IMG/VR virus record: IMGVR_UViG_3300028624_000003
Location: 1 to 64,000 of that record
Length of the DNA stretch: 64,000 bases
Source of the DNA: a virus
Taxonomy: Duplodnaviria > Caudoviricetes
Strand: one strand, 5' to 3'
Part shown: piece by piece, positions 28,908 through 38,646 of the stretch
How positions within the stretch are numbered: the first letter of the stretch is position 1
Layout of the letters: every line of letters begins with the position of its first letter
Made by a program: the position numbers and the translations under genes
Notes under the pieces: model-generated
Told to the model about the DNA's origin: nothing
Databases searched by the model: none
What the model saw: only the letters and a program-made list of their open reading frames with translations

Positions 28908-30974
28908 ATGACCAGCGACATAGAGGCTCAAATCAAATCGCTCAGACGTGAAATAGGTGACGCAGATATCGCCTACTACATCTACAATGATCCAATCATG
29001 TCTGACTACGATTACGACATGCATGTCAGGGAACTACGTGCATTGGAAGAGGCATACCCGGAATACCGTGAAGGCTCATCACCTACGGAACGGGTGAACG
29101 AATCGGTTAAGGATGGAGCAAAGAAAATAGCTCACGCTACCAGAATGTACAGTCTGGATAACATTTACAACGAGGAGGATTTTGATTCATACGTAGAATA
29201 CTTAATCGGTGCGGGTATTGATCCCGTGAACACCGCGTTCGTACTGAATGACAAATTGGATGGCGCAGCACTGGAACTGAAATATGTGAAAGTGAATAAT
29301 GGTCCATCTGGTACGGATAAGAATATCTTTGAGCTCGAGAAAATCGTGACCAGAGGTGACGGATATGTAGGCGAGGATGTCACCGAGTATGCTAAAGCGT
29401 ATTTGGATACCCCACTACATATCGCACTTCCGCACGATGCAAAATACAGTACATTCCGTGTACGTGGAGAAGCTACAGTAACCACGACTATGTTCAAGCA
29501 GGTCAATGAGTTGCTGGAAGGTTTGGGATTCCGAACTATGGCGTCTCCTAGACACATGGCTGCAGCATTGCTTCGCACAAAGAACCACAAAGTAGAGATA
29601 CCTGAAAAGTGCATCTGCTTTATGGGATACGGTATGGATGACATGACTAGCAGTAACGTGTACGGATACAAATCCTATCACGAAATGGAGACCGCTGTGT
29701 CATCCACAGGCATTCGATTTGTCAAAGGTATGCTTCTTGTAGGTACCGATCAGATCAAGAATGTCTATCAGAAAGTAAAGTCATCTCGAGCCAAACTTGA
29801 TTACCACGACATCATGACAGACGGACTCGTATTTCGTATCGACGAGTTCGAATTACAAGACTTGCTTGGGTTCACCAACAAGTCACCCAGATTTGCGAGA
29901 GCAATCAAATTCCCACCTGAATCTGGATCGTCTGTCGTCAAAGACATTCTGATACAAGTGGGTAGAACAGGTATTTTGACTCCAGTCGCTGTGGTAGATC
30001 CACCTATCCTACTGGGCGGTGTGAGGGTAGCGAGGGCAACCCTACACAACTACGACTTCATCCAGAAAATGGATGTGAGAATAGGAGATACCATCACGAT
30101 CGAAAGATCGGGCGATGTCATTCCTAAAGTCACTGGGGTCATCCAATTCATGAGACCTGAAAATACCGCACCATTCAAGTTCCCCGACGTTTGCCCTGAA
30201 TGCGGCTCACCTACCGTAAAGCAGGCTGACAAAGTGGGAATCTTTTGTGGGGACCCCGCAAGGTGTCCTGCTGGTCGTGTATGGTATCTGACGTATGTAG
30301 CATCACGTCCGGGACTCAACCTCATTGGGTTTGGGGAATCTCTGGTTTCATCGCTCTACTCGGGTGGCAGCCTAGTAGACATGACCAGCTTCTTCGATCT
30401 CAGTGTATCTGATCTCATCAAGGTCGGAGTAGGTAAGAGACATGCCGAGAAACTCATTCGAACCATCCGTGAAAGAATGGCAGTTCTGACACTGGATGAG
30501 TTGGTTAGGGTTATGGCAATTCCGGGAGTAGGTGCAAGTACATCAAAGATACTGACAAAAGAGTTCAGGTCTCTGGACAGGATACAGTCTGCTACAGTCG
30601 AAGACTTGCAGAAGGTTCCTGGTATTGGCAGAGTCACTGCAGAAGCTATTCGTCAGTATTTCGAAGACCATGACTGGGTGAAGAAACTCGCTCCGTATGG
30701 ATTCGATCTCGTGGCGAAGTCAGTCGAAGCAGACAGGTCGTCCCCGTGGTACGGAAAGAGAGTACGTATTACGGGCACCCTTGATAAGCCTAGAGATAGC
30801 GTAATGACCCAGTTGGAACAGCTAGGAGCGATTCCGACTAGCGCAGTCTCGAAGCTGGACGTCCTGATAGTGGGAGAACATCCTAGTGGAGCAACTCTCA
30901 AATCGGCTAAGGATGCTGGCGTCAAAATCATCCACACAACCAGTCTATCCGACGTGGTTTCCACAACACCATAA
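28908..30974 (+). CDS. ligA: NAD-dependent DNA ligase
   Basis: YY..NDP.MSDYDYD, KLDG adenylation motif, TRGDG, QVGRTG.LTPVA, CPECGS zinc finger, HhH repeats, BRCT. Confidence 0.97.
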   Translation: MTSDIEAQIKSLRREIGDADIAYYIYNDPIMSDYDYDMHVRELRALEEAYPEYREGSSPTERVNESVKDGAKKIAHATRMYSLDNIYNEEDFDSYVEYLIGAGIDPVNTAFVLNDKLDGAALELKYVKVNNGPSGTDKNIFELEKIVTRGDGYVGEDVTEYAKAYLDTPLHIALPHDAKYSTFRVRGEATVTTTMFKQVNELLEGLGFRTMASPRHMAAALLRTKNHKVEIPEKCICFMGYGMDDMTSSNVYGYKSYHEMETAVSSTGIRFVKGMLLVGTDQIKNVYQKVKSSRAKLDYHDIMTDGLVFRIDEFELQDLLGFTNKSPRFARAIKFPPESGSSVVKDILIQVGRTGILTPVAVVDPPILLGGVRVARATLHNYDFIQKMDVRIGDTITIERSGDVIPKVTGVIQFMRPENTAPFKFPDVCPECGSPTVKQADKVGIFCGDPARCPAGRVWYLTYVASRPGLNLIGFGESLVSSLYSGGSLVDMTSFFDLSVSDLIKVGVGKRHAEKLIRTIRERMAVLTLDELVRVMAIPGVGASTSKILTKEFRSLDRIQSATVEDLQKVPGIGRVTAEAIRQYFEDHDWVKKLAPYGFDLVAKSVEADRSSPWYGKRVRITGTLDKPRDSVMTQLEQLGAIPTSAVSKLDVLIVGEHPSGATLKSAKDAGVKIIHTTSLSDVVSTTP

Positions 30975-30984
30975 CACACCAAAC

Positions 30985-31024
30985 CAGATGGGGGCCTTCG
31001 GGCCCCCATCTGTAGTCTCTTTTT
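30985..31024 (+). terminator. intrinsic terminator
   Basis: 12-bp stem, cUUCGg loop, downstream T-rich tract. Confidence 0.8.
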
Positions 31025-31047
31025 GTCAATTTTTTGGTGGAATACAA

Positions 31048-31422
31048 ATTACTACAGACGTCGATGACTGGGGGAGCATAACTCCCTGTGACCAGAATGG
31101 AACTCCAGTCGGACCGACACAATATCTACCTGGGAATTGTGTAAATAAGCAGTATCTTGGCTATACCTGGACTGCACCAGTAGGACCGCTCATCAATGGT
31201 TACTACTATTACAGAATACAGGTGGATGATGTACATGGCGGAAGGTGCGGTGGGTTTAGAATGGACAAGAACGGTGTATCGTGCGAACTGGTACAGATTC
31301 TTCAAGGTCAGTTTGCATGGTTAGGTGGTGGAGGGTTCTGTTGTGGTAGTTGGTGCCATCATGGCCCGTGGTTTCGATGCTATCGTACCACAGCGATCGG
31401 TATATTCAGACTCAAAGCATGA
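31048..31422 (+). CDS. orphan Cys-rich beta-domain ORF without a canonical start (5'-truncated or ATT start)
   Basis: Protein-like open frame from the ligase terminator to 31422, followed by its own hairpin at 31428-31463. Confidence 0.45.
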   Translation: MTTDVDDWGSITPCDQNGTPVGPTQYLPGNCVNKQYLGYTWTAPVGPLINGYYYYRIQVDDVHGGRCGGFRMDKNGVSCELVQILQGQFAWLGGGGFCCGSWCHHGPWFRCYRTTAIGIFRLKA

Positions 31423-31472
31423 TAGTACACTACGAGAGAGTCCCTTGGGACTCTCTCGTAGTGTATAAGGTC

Positions 31473-32312
31473 TTATTTCGAGAGAAGCAGCAGATCACCG
31501 TTACCAAGCAGGAATTCCCGACTACCATCGTACGACGGAGAGGTAATTGCACTGCCAATGTTGGTGATTTTGTAGTTCAGCTGAGTGTAGATCGATTCGG
31601 TATACTGAAACTCTACGTTTGCGGAGTCGGTACCATTTACCGTCGCGTCAGTACCCGAGTACAGACCAACCTCGCTGATCTTGGCGTAACGCATGTCTCC
31701 TTCGTACATCGCATTGATGTACTCAAGAACTTCAGCTCCGGTCCATGACAGACCGAGATGTACACCTACGTTCACCTTGATCGCACTGCCTGCTTGTTCA
31801 CCCGAGGTAGCAGGATTTCGGGGTACCGGATTGAGATCTGCCTGTGTGTATTCGTAAGGTTCCTGTGCACCAGTCAGAGGATTGGTCTGGGTGACTTGGA
31901 TCTTCGAATCAAGTACCTGGAGTTTCTTCAGGTAGTAGCAGTAATACCAAGTACCCTTGATATTCTTGCGAATACGCATGCGATAGTTAGCACGCTCTGC
32001 AGAGGACAAATCTTCGTCGATCGGTACGCAGCGAATCGGGATAGGTTCGTAGAGATCCAGTTCCGTATTGATCGGCTGATGGGGATTTGCGAGAATACCA
32101 TCGTCTGCATTCTTGAATCCCCGGATACCCAGACCAAAGTACTGCAGCCGAGGTACAGTTGGCGGAACGATGTCGTGACACCAGTTGTATTTTCGGTTGA
32201 TGGTGGTTTCGGTCTTAGGCGTGAACTGAATCGGAATTCTGGAAAGAAGTTCCAACTCAGATGCGAGTCCGGTCTTTACGACAAACTCGCTGGTCTTTTT
32301 GCTTGATGCCAT
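31473..32312 (-). CDS. virion structural protein (phiKZ gp127-like position)
   Basis: 279-aa ORF with an AAGGAG RBS; synteny with the portal block. Confidence 0.65.
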   Translation of the reverse strand: MASSKKTSEFVVKTGLASELELLSRIPIQFTPKTETTINRKYNWCHDIVPPTVPRLQYFGLGIRGFKNADDGILANPHQPINTELDLYEPIPIRCVPIDEDLSSAERANYRMRIRKNIKGTWYYCYYLKKLQVLDSKIQVTQTNPLTGAQEPYEYTQADLNPVPRNPATSGEQAGSAIKVNVGVHLGLSWTGAEVLEYINAMYEGDMRYAKISEVGLYSGTDATVNGTDSANVEFQYTESIYTQLNYKITNIGSAITSPSYDGSREFLLGNGDLLLLSK

Positions 32313-32324
32313 GTGTGAAACTCC

Positions 32325-34538
32325 TTATGCGATTGGAGTAGTGAATTCGTATGTTTCTGCACCGTTATCCAGTACGGTCACAGATCTTTCCGTATACACC
32401 GATCGGTCCACGATCTCTACGCTATGATAGTCTCTGAAGTACGTCACCTCACCAAACTTCCCGGTATCCAAAACTAGTGGTGTAGGATCTACTGTAGTGT
32501 GTCGATCTTTACTATCCACACGAAGAATGTCAGTATCATCTAGAGCTGAGAGGTCGAATCCGTCATACTCCCGGAACTTGGATGATATATCCTGACCCAC
32601 CGCGGAGATGATACCTTTGACAGTGTCAGTCCCACTAGTTGTACCAATGACAAGATGTGGCGGAGTGATGAACGTGATCGATCTTCTGTTCGTCTCCAGA
32701 AACGTAAGTCGATAACTGGTGAGCTGGATGAAGAGTCGTTTAAGTCCAGTATACATCGCAGACTTGTCTTTGTTGAACGCGGTGAATTCCTCAAAGATCG
32801 GGTCCTGCATAGGTACAACTTGCTCGAGGAGAATGTCACAGAGATCTTTGTAGAATATCGCCTTGTCTGGTAGCTTTTCATAAGCCGACAATAGCTGAGA
32901 GATCTTCGGAGTTGAGTCGATCCATACCTGATAATTCGGTGCATCCACCAACTGAATGTTGATGAATTCCTCTACTGTCAGGTACTTATACAGAGCATTG
33001 AACGCTTCGTGATACAGCAACCCGCCGTTACTCCGGAGACGTTCTATATGTGTCACCAAAACGCGGAACTGTTGTGCAGTTTTTGCTACAAAATCTTCAC
33101 GTGATTCGTATGGTCCAGAATGGAATGGAATCTCATTAAGTACCTTATCCACGTCCACGTAGGTATCCAATCTGTAGCGAACCCCATCCACATAAATCCA
33201 TTTCTGAATAGCAGATTTATTGGGGCGTACCAGCACATACGCATTGTCGATACATGCATGTATGGGAATTACGGTGAGATCTTCCCCACTTTCTTTCAGG
33301 TGCACGTATTGGAACAGTGCGAGTACTTCACCAAACGTCAACTCGATCGGGATGTTCGTATTCGGATCGGTGAAGTTTATTTTGTACTGCAGATTGCCCA
33401 GATACCACTGGTAAACCATGGTATCGAACAGGAACTGCAGCAATAACTTTTCGTATGTCGTGTCCATAATGGACTTTTCGAACTCTAGCAATCTGGTAGG
33501 AACGACGTTCGAAGACGCTTCACCGAATCTAGTAGTCATGCGTTCGACTACTTCCGCATCGAGATTGGGGAAATATCCCTCAGCTTCAATTCGACTAAGT
33601 ATCTGCCCCATCGACTCGAATGAACCTTCGTTTATTCCTTCCGCAGTGGTGTAGTTCACTACGCTATCAGAAAGAAACTCGGGTACAGTGATACACTCAC
33701 TAGCTCTCGTCGCAGTTTGCTGCAACACCATCTTCCCGACCAGTTTAACTTGTAAATCTTTCAGGAGATTCTCTGCTAGTATTTCGAGTGTACGCTTTGT
33801 GCCTTTATTTTGAGAGATGTATTCCATATTCCTATAGAGGAACAGGGCTTGCTTGTCGTTGAGTATGTCACGGTAACTTCTCAGCCCTTTCGAGTCCAGA
33901 TACTCCCAGATGTGAAAAGGATGCACTTGTGGGGTACGAATATTTCTTATCCTTTGTGCGAGTAGTGCCTGGGGAAGAATAGACCAGACAAGACCCATGA
34001 ACGTAGCAGGATAGAATCCTTCGTATATGTAGTCAGCTATGTACCATCGGTTTTCTATGTACCGGAGTACCCGGTCCATTTCTACCATCAGACTTTCACG
34101 TTCGTTCTGGTGAAGGAGAGTAGTATCTCCTGCAAGAACTGTGAAGTTCGGTGCACTGATTGCTAGTGCTATGTTCTCGACAGGATAGACGATCGACTTG
34201 ATCAATCCTACCTGATTCGGATATGTTTCACAGAGTCTGGAAAACTCTTCACTGGGCACTTTGTAAAGTGCAAATGTTTTTGGGTGAGTGATTTTCAAAT
34301 CGGTCGAAAATTTGACCTGTTCCCCAGTTTCCACTGCGGTGATGAACATATCGGTATCGAGCGGACTATACATACCACACAGATTCTGGTAGTATGGATT
34401 ATCCTCAGGACGCTCGACAATGATACCGAGTTCTTCACGCATGCGTTTTTCCATCACATCCGCAAACAACTTGAACTTGATCGTTACGGTCTGAAGAAAG
34501 TCCAAGATTTCTTTGCGGTAGACATCATTCTCGACCAT
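32325..34538 (-). CDS. virion structural protein (phiKZ gp128-like)
   Basis: ~737-aa ORF with YYQNLCGMY, HPFHIWEYL and LFLYRN motifs; divergent from the portal. Confidence 0.65.
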   Translation of the reverse strand: MVENDVYRKEILDFLQTVTIKFKLFADVMEKRMREELGIIVERPEDNPYYQNLCGMYSPLDTDMFITAVETGEQVKFSTDLKITHPKTFALYKVPSEEFSRLCETYPNQVGLIKSIVYPVENIALAISAPNFTVLAGDTTLLHQNERESLMVEMDRVLRYIENRWYIADYIYEGFYPATFMGLVWSILPQALLAQRIRNIRTPQVHPFHIWEYLDSKGLRSYRDILNDKQALFLYRNMEYISQNKGTKRTLEILAENLLKDLQVKLVGKMVLQQTATRASECITVPEFLSDSVVNYTTAEGINEGSFESMGQILSRIEAEGYFPNLDAEVVERMTTRFGEASSNVVPTRLLEFEKSIMDTTYEKLLLQFLFDTMVYQWYLGNLQYKINFTDPNTNIPIELTFGEVLALFQYVHLKESGEDLTVIPIHACIDNAYVLVRPNKSAIQKWIYVDGVRYRLDTYVDVDKVLNEIPFHSGPYESREDFVAKTAQQFRVLVTHIERLRSNGGLLYHEAFNALYKYLTVEEFINIQLVDAPNYQVWIDSTPKISQLLSAYEKLPDKAIFYKDLCDILLEQVVPMQDPIFEEFTAFNKDKSAMYTGLKRLFIQLTSYRLTFLETNRRSITFITPPHLVIGTTSGTDTVKGIISAVGQDISSKFREYDGFDLSALDDTDILRVDSKDRHTTVDPTPLVLDTGKFGEVTYFRDYHSVEIVDRSVYTERSVTVLDNGAETYEFTTPIA

Positions 34539-34563
34539 AGGAACCTCATGGAGGGCTAGTTCA

Positions 34564-37251
34564 ATGGATGGTATCAACAGATCGATACGGCAACTCCTGA
34601 CTGGATTCGGTATTGGCAATGCACGAGTACCAAATCCTTCAGCATTACCATCATCGGATCGAGTAAGAAAGAAGTTCACTGCAGCAGAGTTTGAAATTCT
34701 GGCCAAACGCCATTATGTAAAACCTGCAGCCACGATGAGTCATGGTGCAGACCCTGCACAGCTCATATCATACCTTTCGCCTACTCACGAAGGTATGGTA
34801 CGTCAGGTTCAAGACATAGAAAGAATACGTGCGCTTTGTCCTGAAATAGGTAAAGCCGAAAGTATCCTTGTGTCTTCTGTCATGTCTCCTAATGATCTAC
34901 AGTCAGTCGATCCTGACATTACCATCGACGAATACGATGGACTCCCTGAAGAAGTCATTCGAGAAATAGAAAAACTACTCACTCAGACTTTCGCGAAGAA
35001 ATACAGGCTAGGTAAGTCAATGGAAGAGTGGGCAAGAGAAGCACTATTTCGTTCAGGTGCAGCGGTATCGCTTGTACTTCCTGAAGCTACACTGGCACAG
35101 ATAGTGGGTACAGTATCTGAGCAAGGTACTGAAGCTCTTAACAGTGCTTCGGGCTGCGAAGATGTATTCATGCGTGCGCTCAAGAAAAAGATCTACAGCC
35201 CGCAGAGTGCAGTAGAATCTTTTCTGGTAACCTCTAAGCAAGACGAGAAGCCGACAATATCCTCCTCCTTGATACAGGAAATCAAGGATCTACTCGGTGA
35301 TAAGCTGCTCAAAACATTTGAAGAAGAAACTATCGGTGTAGAAAATGTTGCTGTAAATATAGTCACCGAACTGGAAGACGGCGACATACTGCACTTCAGC
35401 GAAAATCCGGAAATCCTTCGATTTGGTAAAAAGATCCGAGAATATGGAAAGAACAAGCTCGGTAAAGACTTGTCCAAATTCTACGATCAATCGAATCGGG
35501 AAATGAAGGAAAGAGACAGAACACTAAACGTGTCGCCAGACAAAATAGAACCAGTCATCGACCTCACTCCGTTTATCACGTCAGACAGTGAGAACATGAC
35601 TGATGCATACATCTTGAAACTTCCCTGTGAATCAGTGATTCCTATCTGTATCCCTGGTGCTCCGAAAGAGAAACTCGGATACTTTGTACTCATTGATGCA
35701 TTTGGTCAGCCGATTGAAGCATCCAAGTACTTGATGACATACATGGGTGGAACTACCAGCAATATGGTTTCGGCACAGTACAGAGCCATGTTCGGCGGAC
35801 GGCCCACTGCTAGCGGTGTGCAGACCAATCGGATGGGAGCTATTGCACAGTTCGGTACTCCGTGGGATATGCAGCAAAGTGCAATAACCAACGTGTTCAA
35901 TCATGTACTTGACGCACAGCTCAAGAAGAAACTTACGAGCATCGGACTTAGCGAAGTAGAGATAGGTGCGCACAACAATATCGCCGCATGTATGCTGTAC
36001 CGTCTTCTCCAGAAGAAGCGTACTGCTTTGGTATTTGTACCTTCTGAGGTCATGACCTACGTCGCATTCGACTACCATGCAAATGGTACAGGTAAATCCA
36101 GAATTGAAGACATCATGTATCTTCTTTCTGTAAAGACTACCATCGTCATCGCTAACATGATGGCGGCCATGAGAAACTCGGTAGCTCGAAAAGACATCGA
36201 AGTCACTGTCGACGAAAAAGAAACGAATGCTGAAGGTATACGTGAAGAAGTTCGACAGGCGGTTATTGCCAAGTACAAACTGAATCTCGACTCCGACCCG
36301 ACATCGATTGCACAGTCGATCATAAACCAGAACATGACGATCAAACTCAAAGGCACCAATGCTGCAGGGTTTGATATCAGTGCTCAGGATACACAGTCGA
36401 ATGTACCTAAGGCAGACACTGACCTACTCGATCAGCTCACGAACGGGATTGTCACTCATCTCGGACCTCCCTATTCGGTAATGAACGAAACGAGTCAGCA
36501 AGAATTTGCGAAGTCGGTGGCTACGACCAACCTGTTCTTCGCAAACGACTGCAGGACATTGCAGAGTACTCTGTGCGAAATAACTGCGAGCTGGTGTCGT
36601 ACAGTAATTCGGTTCTCTCCTTCACTGAAGAAGCAACTACTTGCGATTGTTCAGGGTGCCACAAAGAAGAACGCCGAAAAGCTGACTGCCCAAAGTGATC
36701 CAGAAAATCCTGAACTGAGTAGCGTACCGAATACACTCAACGACGGTGCTAAAGATAGCACCAACACACAGAATGCAATCGCTCAGCTTGGAGAAATTCT
36801 CCAGCATTTGAAGGTGAAGCTGCCTCTTCCCAATATCTCACCCGACAAAGCACAAGGCGAGGTATTCTCTGACTATATTCGTCTCGTGAATGACTTCGTC
36901 GATGCAGTACTCCCGAATGAGTTGGTAGCATCTGACTCTGATCTCTCGGACGTATTCAATGTGTTCAAGGCGAGAGTTCGTGCAGATCTTGTCATGGAAC
37001 TCGGTTCCTCTATCGGGATCAACAGCATCTTCGATGTGCCTGACTGGGAGGATTACTTCGTCAATCGTCGTGGAGATATCGCGAATCTGTTCCTCAAGCT
37101 GCGTAACCTTAAAGCAGGTCTTGATAAGGACAAAGTCGCGACTACGACCCCGACAGAGACTGAAGATGGTACCGATTCTGGTTCGGCGGGTGATACAGGA
37201 AGTGACTCCGGCGGTTCAGATTACGGATCGAGCGACGACTTCGGATTCTAG
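34564..37251 (+). CDS. probable portal protein (phiKZ gp129-like)
   Basis: 895 aa; ILVSSVMSPNDL, LPCESVIP..GYFVLID and G.GKS motifs; acidic tail; size and synteny match the phiKZ portal locus. Confidence 0.65.
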   Translation: MDGINRSIRQLLTGFGIGNARVPNPSALPSSDRVRKKFTAAEFEILAKRHYVKPAATMSHGADPAQLISYLSPTHEGMVRQVQDIERIRALCPEIGKAESILVSSVMSPNDLQSVDPDITIDEYDGLPEEVIREIEKLLTQTFAKKYRLGKSMEEWAREALFRSGAAVSLVLPEATLAQIVGTVSEQGTEALNSASGCEDVFMRALKKKIYSPQSAVESFLVTSKQDEKPTISSSLIQEIKDLLGDKLLKTFEEETIGVENVAVNIVTELEDGDILHFSENPEILRFGKKIREYGKNKLGKDLSKFYDQSNREMKERDRTLNVSPDKIEPVIDLTPFITSDSENMTDAYILKLPCESVIPICIPGAPKEKLGYFVLIDAFGQPIEASKYLMTYMGGTTSNMVSAQYRAMFGGRPTASGVQTNRMGAIAQFGTPWDMQQSAITNVFNHVLDAQLKKKLTSIGLSEVEIGAHNNIAACMLYRLLQKKRTALVFVPSEVMTYVAFDYHANGTGKSRIEDIMYLLSVKTTIVIANMMAAMRNSVARKDIEVTVDEKETNAEGIREEVRQAVIAKYKLNLDSDPTSIAQSIINQNMTIKLKGTNAAGFDISAQDTQSNVPKADTDLLDQLTNGIVTHLGPPYSVMNETSQQEFAKSVATTNLFFANDCRTLQSTLCEITASWCRTVIRFSPSLKKQLLAIVQGATKKNAEKLTAQSDPENPELSSVPNTLNDGAKDSTNTQNAIAQLGEILQHLKVKLPLPNISPDKAQGEVFSDYIRLVNDFVDAVLPNELVASDSDLSDVFNVFKARVRADLVMELGSSIGINSIFDVPDWEDYFVNRRGDIANLFLKLRNLKAGLDKDKVATTTPTETEDGTDSGSAGDTGSDSGGSDYGSSDDFGF

Positions 37252-37310
37252 CGTCATATACACAGTAGACAGAGGCACATGCCTCTGTCTACTGTCAGTA
37301 AACTATTAAG

Positions 37311-37328
37311 TATATATTACTCATGTGA
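37311..37328 (+). promoter_or_regulatory. phiKZ-type early promoter
   Basis: TATATATTAC-TCATG-TGA. Confidence 0.75.
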
Positions 37329-37353
37329 AATAACGTCAATCAATGAGGACACA

Positions 37354-37658
37354 ATGAGCTTACTTAAAATCTACGTGGATGGTGCACGTGAAGCAGCAAA
37401 CGATATTTCGGATATGTTACTGCTACTTGATTATACCGAAAATGTAACGAGGAAGTATAGCAGAGGCCACTCTCAGTTCGTATTGCTCGGGTGAATCGTG
37501 TGTCAGCATCTGTAAATATGGACCAGCATCAGTTGATTGTCATGGATGTGCTACATCGTGATGTGTCGATCAGTGCAAATCGCATATTCGACGATACTGA
37601 ACTGGTACAAAATGCAGTTCTCTTGGAAAGAATCAGAAAGGCCAATAACAAGAGGTAG
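37354..37658 (+). CDS. small early ORF(s): two GTGA-coupled ORFs or one frameshifted gene
   Basis: ATG 37354 to TGA 37494 overlaps GTG 37491 to TAG 37658; one extra G in the run at 37489-37491 would fuse them. Confidence 0.45.
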
Positions 37659-37663
37659 CTATA

Positions 37664-38098
37664 ATGGGATACGATCGCAATGTAGTGCTATGCATGACGA
37701 CAGATGCGGAAAAGAAATTTTCCAAATTGATCAAAAACTCGAAAGTGTTCACCACGACCGATGCGTATACCGATATGGTAACACTTGTTGAACAAGCTGA
37801 AAAATATACGGATACCTCCAAAAATGAGTCTCTATATCACTGGCCAGTAGTGAAGTGGTACAATGGGGATCGGTTTACTCCTGAACGGGCGCATATACTG
37901 GTTCTGGAGATGGTAATCAGATCTCTACCATCGGACCAGTTCAAGTTCATTGTGCTAGGTGGAGATCTCTCTGATACTACCATTGTAGGTACGTACGCCT
38001 CTGAAACATTTAGTCCAGAAATAATACGAAAAATAGGTTTCAATACACCTTCATGGGTAAAGAAGATAGAAGGAGAAAATCATGGGATATCGCAGTGA
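37664..38098 (+). CDS. hypothetical early protein, paralog 1
   Basis: MGY..V.LCM, W..VKWY and FKFIVLG.D motifs shared with the next gene. Confidence 0.75.
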   Translation: MGYDRNVVLCMTTDAEKKFSKLIKNSKVFTTTDAYTDMVTLVEQAEKYTDTSKNESLYHWPVVKWYNGDRFTPERAHILVLEMVIRSLPSDQFKFIVLGGDLSDTTIVGTYASETFSPEIIRKIGFNTPSWVKKIEGENHGISQ

Positions 38099-38471
38099 AG
38101 TGGCATTGTGCATGAACAAAGATGCGGTGGCTATCTTCCAAGAAAAACTCAAGCTCTGCGCCACTGTAAACCCGGAACTGCACAAAGCAGTCGTCAAGTA
38201 CTTGAATATCGCCAAACGACGGGAAGACAAGGATACCGGTGATGTACTGTACAATTGGGAATGGACCAAATGGTACGGTGCAGCGTTCGCGAAACTCAAT
38301 ATGGGTTATCCGGAAGTCGAAGAAATAGAACTCATAATCTCGGAACTTCCTGATCCTACGTACAAGTTCATCCGTATCGGAGAAGAATTCGAAGATATCA
38401 CAGTGGATGGCGAATACGAAAACAACGCATTCCACTTAGCAGTGGCAAGGCAGATAGTTGCAAAGTGCTAG
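38082..38471 (+). CDS. hypothetical early protein, paralog 2
   Basis: MGYRSEVALCM, WEWTKWY, YKFIRIGEEFED. Confidence 0.75.
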   Translation: MGYRSEVALCMNKDAVAIFQEKLKLCATVNPELHKAVVKYLNIAKRREDKDTGDVLYNWEWTKWYGAAFAKLNMGYPEVEEIELIISELPDPTYKFIRIGEEFEDITVDGEYENNAFHLAVARQIVAKC

Positions 38472-38646
38472 CACACTGACTAGTGAGCTGCAACTAGTCT
38501 GACTTGAACATCGAAACGCAGAGAGGTAGCCCACGTGGGCTACCTCTCAAGAAGTACAAATATTGATTCTTTTTAAGAAATATAATCCTACATGTTCAGA
38601 TCATATTTAAATGAAATAGCAAATGTATCACACAAGGAGAATGATC

